64,000 nt of DNA from Chitinophagales bacterium (GTDB taxonomy: Bacteria; Bacteroidota; Bacteroidia; Chitinophagales; JADIYW01), in NCBI GenBank assembly GCA_046329785.1, contig JAXLTZ010000008.1, positions 62,493-126,492 of the forward strand, written 5' to 3'. This document shows positions 49,901 through 58,900 of the stretch, in pieces. The notes under the pieces were generated by a model. The model ran no database searches, was not told the DNA's origin, and was given only the letters and a program-made list of their open reading frames with translations. The position numbers and the translations under genes are program-made. Each line of letters opens with the position of its first letter. The stretch's first letter is position 1.

Positions 49901-52900
49901 TTATTCCTTTAACTAAAACTTCAGGTACATGGGGCTTAGGTGGATTAAATTATGTAAATGATTTAGACGGATCTACTAGTTCTTATGTTGTTGGTCCAAA
50001 TATTAATGCCAATAATATAGAAGTGTATTCCGCAACTACTGGTAATTTTGATGTTACGGCAAATGGGGCCACTTATAATGATTTTGTAAAAATTATAGAT
50101 GGTACACGTCCATTACCAACCATATCATTTAGTAATACCACTATTTGTAAAACTGGAACTGTAACAGCATCTTTTAATGAAACATCTTGGACACATACCA
50201 ATGTAGATTATTTCTGGACTGTCTACAGCGGAACAAGAACTACAGATCCTGTCTATACTACTGCAAATACAGTAAATCCAACATTTGGACCATTCACTAA
50301 TTCAGGAACATACTTGGTCAAATTCCAGGTAAAAGAACAATGTTGTGGTTTGTCAATCCCTGTTTATCAGATTATTACAGTTAATAACCAGCCGAGTGCA
50401 CCAAATGATATTACATTTAATGTTGCTTCATCTGTTTGTGTTCCAACTACAATTACCGCAAGTACTGCAAGTGGAGTTAATGGAGGAGTAGCACCATATT
50501 CTTATACATGGGATTATCAAAATAGTGCGCATGCTTATGGAACAACAACAAGCACACCTCCTTCATTTGCCTCAACACTTGGAAGTAATGCTGTACAAGT
50601 ATTTGTAACAGCAAATCCTTCTTTAGGCTGTCTTGCTTCAGATCCATTTGTAGAAACTATTACAGGCAATCCTGTTCCAGTTGGTGTAGGTGCTTCAGTA
50701 ACAGCTTGTTCAGGCTCTTCATTTAATATAGAATTGGCTACTTCAAATAGTGTAACAGGTACTACTTATAGTATAGTATCTTCGACTGCAAATGCAAACT
50801 TAGCCGGTTCCGTCTCGATATCAGGTTCAACAATTACTGGTAGTTATATAAATAACGCGACTACAAATCAATCAATAACATATACTATCCGTCCTACTGG
50901 TCCGGCTCCGACTAATTGTGTGGGTGCAAACTTTACAGCAACAGTAACAGTTAATCCAAAGATGATTCTTTCAGCAAGCTCAAATACGCCTGTTTGTTTA
51001 ACATCTTCAGTAAATTTAACTTCAAGTGCTTCAAATGCAACAGGTCCTTATACATATAGTTGGAGTGGTCCTAATGGATTTAGTAGTACAGCTCAAAATC
51101 CAAGTATTAGCAATGCTACAGCATCTAATAGTGGAACATATACTGTTACCATCACTGACGCAAACGGATGTCCAAATACTGCCACCACAGCTGTTGTGGT
51201 ACAGGATATTTCTGCACCTTCAGTTACTTGTAAGTCAGCTGTCTTATCTTTAAATTCTTCGGGAAATGCAACTTTGGCGGTTGCAGATGTTGAAAATTCA
51301 TCAAGTGATAACTGTGGAATTGTAAGCAAATCACTGTCGAAAACTGCATTTACATGTTCTAATGTAGGAGCCAATACTGTGACTTTAACAGTGACGGATG
51401 TTGGTGGTAATACTAAAACGTGTGCAGCGTCTGTAACAGTGCAAGATTTGGTAGCACCTAATGCAGTCTGTAAAAATATTACAGTTGATTTAAGTGCAGT
51501 TGCAGGTGGTTTAACAACAATTACAGGAACTCAGGTAAATAACGGTAGTACAGATGTATGCGGTATTTCTTCATATGCTGTTTCTCCTTCATCTTTTACT
51601 TGTTCAAATATTGGAGCCAATACAGTAACTTTAACGGTAACAGATGTTAACAACAATACATCTACTTGTTCAGCAACAGCAACTGTTCAGGATATTGTGA
51701 TACCAAATGTTTCACCTCTTGCTAAGTGTAAGCCTAATGTAACAGTACCATTAAATAAAGATTTCATAAATACACCTATCAATGCAGGAATGCTGAATGA
51801 TGGTAGTTTTGATAACTGCGGCTTTGCCTCTTTAGTAGTTGAACCAAGTTCGTTTACGTGTGCAGATATTGCATTATCACCTATCACAGTATCCTTGATT
51901 GGTACAGATGGATCAGGAAATAAAGATACGTGTACTTCACAAGTAACAATAGTAGATAATATTGCACCTAATGCAATTTGTAAAAATATAACTGTTCAGC
52001 TAGATGCTTCTGGAAATGCATCTATAACTGCAGCTTTAGTAAATAATAACAGTGATGATAACTGTACAGCAGTATCTTTAAGTGTTAATAATAGTTTATT
52101 TACATGTTCAAATGTTGGAGCAAATACTGTAATCTTGACAGTTACAGATGGTTATTCAAATTCTAAAACGTGCAATGCATCAGTAACTGTTCAGGATCAG
52201 ATAGCCCCATCAATTTCTTGTAATGCATCAAAAGCAGTAAATAATGATCCTAATGTTTGTGGTGCTGCTGTTAGTTATAGTAACAGTTCAACAGATAACT
52301 GTTCTGGACAAACAATAACACAAACAGCCGGTTTGGCGAGTGGCAGTACTTTCCCAATAGGAACAACAGTAAATAGTTTTACTGTAACTGACGCAAGTGG
52401 CAATACTGCAACTTGTAGCTTTACTATAACTGTAACAGATAATGAAGCGCCAACAATTTCATGTAATATACCAATTGCGGTAAATAATGATCCTAATGTT
52501 TGCGGAGCTGCTGTTAATTACAGTAACAGTTCTACAGACAATTGTTCAGGTCAAACAATTGCTCAAACCGCAGGTTTACCAAGTGGATCTACATTCCCAA
52601 TCGGAACAACATTGAATAGCTTTAAAGTAACTGATGCAAGTGGTAATACGGCAACTTGTAGCTTTAGTGTTACTGTAACTGATAATCAAGCACCGGCAAT
52701 AACTTGTCCGGCTAATATTACGGTTAATTCTATAACAGGTACTTGTGCTGCACCTGCTTCATATGTTGCTCCTGTTGGTACAGATAATTGCCCGGGACAA
52801 TCAACATCGCAGATTGCAGGTTTAGCATCCGGTGCAAGTTATGCAGTTGGTACTACAACTAACACATTTAGAGTAACAGATGCTTCCGGTAATTCAGCAT

Positions 52901-55900
52901 CTTGTTCTTTCACTGTTACAGTAGAAGATCATGAAGCACCGGTAATTACAAATTGTCCTGTCGATTTATTCAGACCAACAGCACCAGGAGTCTGCTATGC
53001 AAATGTATCAGTTGGTGCATTAACAGCAACAGATAATTGTGGAGCTGTTACTATTATAAATAGTAAAACAGGCACTTCTAATGCAAGTGCACAATATACT
53101 AAGGGTATAACACAAGTTGATTGGACTGTGACGGATAGTCATGGTAACTCTTCTACATGCCAAACATTTATTTTAGTTTATGATGGTGAAGCACCTAATG
53201 CTATATGTAAGAATATAACAGTTAATTTAAATAACTCAGGTTTTGTTTCTATTACTCCTGCTATGATTGATAATGGCTCAACTGATAATTGTGCAATAAT
53301 TAGTAAATCTACAGATGTTAATATTTTAACTTGTTCTAATGTTGGGGCAAATACTGTACAGCTTACTGTGTTGGATGGCCCAAATGCTGGAGCGTGTAAT
53401 TCTACAGTTACAGTAGTGGATGCTGTATCTCCAATAGCATTGTGTCAGAATGTGACGACATTCCTGAGTGCAACAGGTACTGCTACAGTTCCTGCTACAC
53501 AAATAGATAATGGATCTTCTGATGCATGTGGTATAGGATCACGTGTAATTGATAATGGAAATTTCACATGTGCAAATTTAGGTACTGCTAATCCTGTAGT
53601 GCTAACAGTAACAGATGTAAATGGAAATTCATCTACTTGTAGTGCTTCAGTTACGGTTATTGATAATTTAGCGCCTGTTGCTGTTTGTAATAACGTTACT
53701 GCTGCATTAAACAACAGTGGTCAGGTAACAGTTACTGGTGCTGATTTTAGTGGTTCGAGTACAGACAATTGTTCAATAGTTACAAGATTGGTAAATCCAA
53801 GTAGCTTTACATGTGCTAACTTAGGAACAAATGCTGTTACTGTTATCCTAACAGACCAAAGTGGAAATAACTCTTTCTGTTTCCCAACGTTGACTGTAAT
53901 TGATAATACAGCACCAGTAATATCATGTCCTGCAAATGTTACAATATATTGTCAGGACCCAACTGATGTTAGCGCAACAGGTAATGCTACAGCAGTTGAT
54001 AACTGCAGTAGTGTTGTAACTATTACAAGCACAGATGTAAGTAATCAAAATCCGGATATAAATGACCCAGGTCATTACCAGTATACAATTTCTCGTACTT
54101 TTACAGCGACTGATGTATATGGAAATTCGAGTTCTTGTACTCAAACAATAACTCACAGCGGTGCTGGTCCGGTTCTTCAAACAATTAATTATTCAGGATA
54201 TCTTGATAATTCTGGTACTTTGGTTGTTTACCCTTCTGATATAAATAATGGTTCAAATGACCCATGTGGTCCTCTTAGCTTCCTTATTTCTCATAGTCCT
54301 CCTGGTCCATCCTTGACGTTTACATGTGCAGATGTTGGTATTCCTCAAAATGTCAGATTAGTAGCTATTAATAATGTTGGAGATACATTCTATGTCCCTG
54401 CAGTAGTTACAGTTTTAGATAGCATAGTACCAACAGCAATATGTCAGGATGTTACAGTTCAGTTAGACGCAACTGGGAATGGTGCTACGACTGCATCAGC
54501 AATAAATAATGGCTCAGATGATGTGTGCGGAGTTCAAAGCCTTTCATTAGACAATAGTACCTTCACTTGTGCTAATGTTGGAAATTCCAACACAGTTATC
54601 TTAACTGTAACAGATAAAAATAATAACAGCAGTACATGTAGTGCTTCTGTTACTGTAGAAGATAATATAGCACCAATAGCAATCTGTCAGAACTTAACCA
54701 TACAACTAGATCCTTGGGGACTTGCGCAGATTATGGCTGAGGATGTTGATAATGGTAGTAATGATGCTTGCGGGATTTTTGATTTATTTATAAATAAAAC
54801 ATCTTTCGGATGTGTAAATGTTGGAGCAAACAATGTGACATTAACTGTTACAGACAATAGTGGTAATACAAGTACATGTACATCAACTGTTACTGTTCAG
54901 GATGTAACAGCACCTCAGGCAATATGCCAAAATGTGACAGTACAATTAGACAATAATGGTAATGGCAGTACAACAGCAGCAGCAGTAAATAATGGCTCGA
55001 ATGATGCTTGTGGATTACAAAGTTTATCTTTAAGTCAGACATCATTTGTTTGCAGCGAAGTAGGAGCAAATACAGAAGTATTAACAGTTACTGATAATCA
55101 TGGATTAATAAGTACTTGCTCAACAACTATTACTGTAATAGATGCTGTAGCACCTACAGCAACTTGTCAGAATCTGACAGTTAATCTTAGTGCAACAACA
55201 GGAGCAGGTGCGGTTAGTATTACAGCCTCCCAAGTAAATAATGGAAGTATTGATGCCTGTGGAATAGCATCAACAACAATTAACAATAATAGCTTTACTT
55301 GCGCAAATGTTGGCAGCAGTAATCCGGTTGTATTAACAGTAACAGATGTGAATGGTAATTCAAGTACATGTAGTGCTATTATAACAGTTAAGGATGTTAC
55401 AGCTCCAACAGCAGTATGTCAAAATGTTACAGTTAATCTAAATAGTGCAGGTAGTGGAACTACAACAGCCGCCGCAGTAAATAATGGATCAACTGATAAC
55501 TGCGGTGTTGCTGGTTTGTCTTTAAGCCAAACATCATTTGTATGTAGCGAGGTAGGAACTAAAAACGTAGTGTTAACAGTTACAGATGTGAATGGTAATT
55601 CATCACAATGCAACGCAGTAGTAACAATACGTGATTTAGTTGCACCGGTAGCACAATGTCAACCATTAACAGTAAACTTGAGTTCAAGTGGTACAGGTAG
55701 TATTACTGCTTCACAAGTAAATAACGGAAGCAGTGATGCCTGCGGTATCGCAAGTACTACAATTAATAACAGCAACTTTACATGTGCAAATGTTGCCGGA
55801 CCAAATTCTGTTATCTTGACAGTTACAGATGTAAACGGAAATTCAAGTACTTGTTCAGCTGCGATAACTGTAAGGGATTTGGTAGTTCCTGTAGCTCTAT

Positions 55901-58900
55901 GTCAGAACTTGACTGTTAATTTGAGTTCAGGTGGAAGTGCAAGTATTACAGCTTCTCAAGTCAATAACGGTTCTACGGATGCTTGTGGTATTGCAAGTAC
56001 CACAATTAATAAAAGCAGTTTTACATGTGCTAATGTAGGAGCTAATACGGTGATATTAACAGTAACAGATGTGAATGGTAACTCAAGTACCTGCTCATCT
56101 ACAGTTACCATAAGAGATGTTACCCCTCCAACTGCATTATGTCAGGCAGTAACGGTTAACTTAAATGCAGCCGGAACAGGAAGTATTACAGCATCACAAG
56201 TGAACAATGGTTCATCAGATGTATGCGGTACACCAAGTTTATCGGTTTCACCAAGTACTTTTAACTGCACTAATATATCATCAACAGTTTCTACTACACC
56301 AAATGCAACTGATTTATTTATATCAGAATATGTAGAAGGAAGTGGTAATAATAAGTATATAGAAATATATAATGGAACCGGCGCAGCAGTGAGTCTCTCT
56401 AATTACAACCTGCAAGTTTATGCTAACGGTTCAACTACTCCAACAACCAGTACATTAGGCTTTACAGGAACTTTAGCAAATGGTGCTACCCTGGTATTGA
56501 GGAATGCATCTGCATCTCCTGCAATTGGAACATCAAACGGAGCTGTAATCTTTAATGGTAATGATGCTGTGGCGCTTGGTAAAGTCAGCCCTGCAGTTTT
56601 AGTAGACATTATAGGTAGAATTGGAACAGATCCAGATGTAGGTAATGCAGCAGGAACCGGTTGGTTGCTTGGTGGCAACCAGACACAAGACAAGACATTA
56701 CGCAGAAAACCTACAGTTATATCAGGTATAAGTGTAAATCCACCAGCGCCGGTATCAGGCGTTCCACCTAATAATCAGACATTCCCAACATTAGCAACAG
56801 AATGGGATATATTTAATATAGATGTTACAGGTGGTTTAGGTTCACATAGCTTTAGTCCTGCACCAGTTATAACAACAGTACCGGCATTAAATCCTGTTAC
56901 CTTAACCGTAACAGATGTAAATGGAAATACAGCTACATGTTCAGCAAATGTGACAGTGAGAGATTTAGTAGCACCGACAGCGGTATGTCAGAATCTGACC
57001 GTAGACTTAAGTGCTGCAACAGGAGCAGGAGTAGCAAGCATAACAGCTTCACAGGTAAATAACGGTTCATCTGATGCGTGCGGGATTGCAACTACAACGA
57101 TAAACAATAGCAGCTTCAGCTGTGCTAATGTAGGAAGTGGCAATACAGTAGTATTAACTGTTACAGATGTAAATGGTAATTCAAGTACCTGTTCATCTAC
57201 AATAACAGTGAGAGATGTTACAGCACCAACAGCAATATGCAGAGCAGTAACCGTAAACTTAGATGCAACAGGAAATGGTAGTACAACAGCAACAGCAGTG
57301 AATAATGGCTCGACAGATAATTGTACTATTTCAAGCACTACTTTGAATAACAGTAGCTTTACATGTGCAAATATTGGAAGCGGTAATACGGTAATATTAA
57401 CGGTAACTGATGCAAGTGGAAATACAAGCACCTGTTCAGCTACAATAACAGTAAGAGATGTTACAGCACCAACAGCAGTATGTCAAAACCTCACAGTTAA
57501 CTTGAGTGCGGCAGGAACAGGAAGTATTACAGCAGCACAAGTGAACAACGGAAGTTCAGATGTTTGTTCGGCAGTTACATTAAGTGTTTCACCAACAAAC
57601 TATACTTGTTCAAATGTAGGAAACAATACAGCTACATTGACAGTTACAGATGCAAGTGGAAATAATAGAACTTGTACAGCTACAATTACAGTGAGAGATT
57701 TGGTTGCTCCTACAGCATCGTGTCAGAACGTTACAGTTACTTTAAATAGTGCTGGAACCGGAACAACAACGGCTTCTGCCGTAAATAATGGTTCAACTGA
57801 TGCCTGTGGCCTTGCAACAACGAATCCATTGGTATTGAACAACACAAGCTTTACATGTGCAAATGTTGGAAGTGGAAACACCGTGATATTGACAGTAACG
57901 GATAAAAATTCGAATACAAGTACTTGTAGTGCAACAGTAACAGTGGTAGATAATACTGCACCAGTAGCACTTTGTCAGAACCTGACAGTTCAGTTAAATA
58001 GTGCCGGAACAGGTTCTATAACAGGAACACAAATCAATAATGGAAGTACGGATGCTTGTGGTATAGCTACAACAACAGTATCACCAAGTAGCTTTAGCTG
58101 TTTAAATGTAAATGCAGTGGTACCTGCAAGTGCTGATTTATTCATATCGGAATATATTGAAGGATCTTCAAATAATAAGGCTGTCGAAATATATAATGGA
58201 ACAGCAGCATCAGTTAATTTAGCAACAGGAAGTTATACCATAAGAGTATATTCTAATGGTTCTACTTCTTTTACATCTGTTGCATTAACTGGAACCGTTA
58301 CATCAGGTCAAACGTTTGTTATCTCAAATCCTTCATCAAATTCGTCAATTTTAGCTAAAACCAATCAAACTGATGCCGTAATTAGCTTTAATGGAAATGA
58401 TGCTGTGGCACTTGTTAAAGGAAGCACTATTTTGGACGTAATAGGCCAGATAGGTAATGACCCTGGAACAGAGTGGGGTACAGGATTAACTTCTACATCA
58501 GATAATACACTTAGAAGAAAATCAACTGTAACAACAGGCGATAATAATGGATTAGATGCATTTAACCCTGCTACACAATGGGATGGATTCACAACAGATG
58601 ATGTAACTGGTTTAGGTATTCATAGTGTAGGTACTTCCAATCCTGTAGTGTTAACAGTTACTGATGTAAATGGTAATACATCTACATGTTCAGCAAACGT
58701 AACAGTAAGAGATCAGGTAGCACCGGTAGCAGTATGTCAGCCGTTAACAGTTGACTTAAATGCAGCAGGAGCTGGCAGCATAACAGCATCACAAGTGAAC
58801 AATGGTTCATCAGATGCATGTGGAATAGCAACTACAACAATAAACAATAGCAACTTTGGTTGTGCAAATGTTGGAAGTGGAAACACAGTGGTATTGACAG

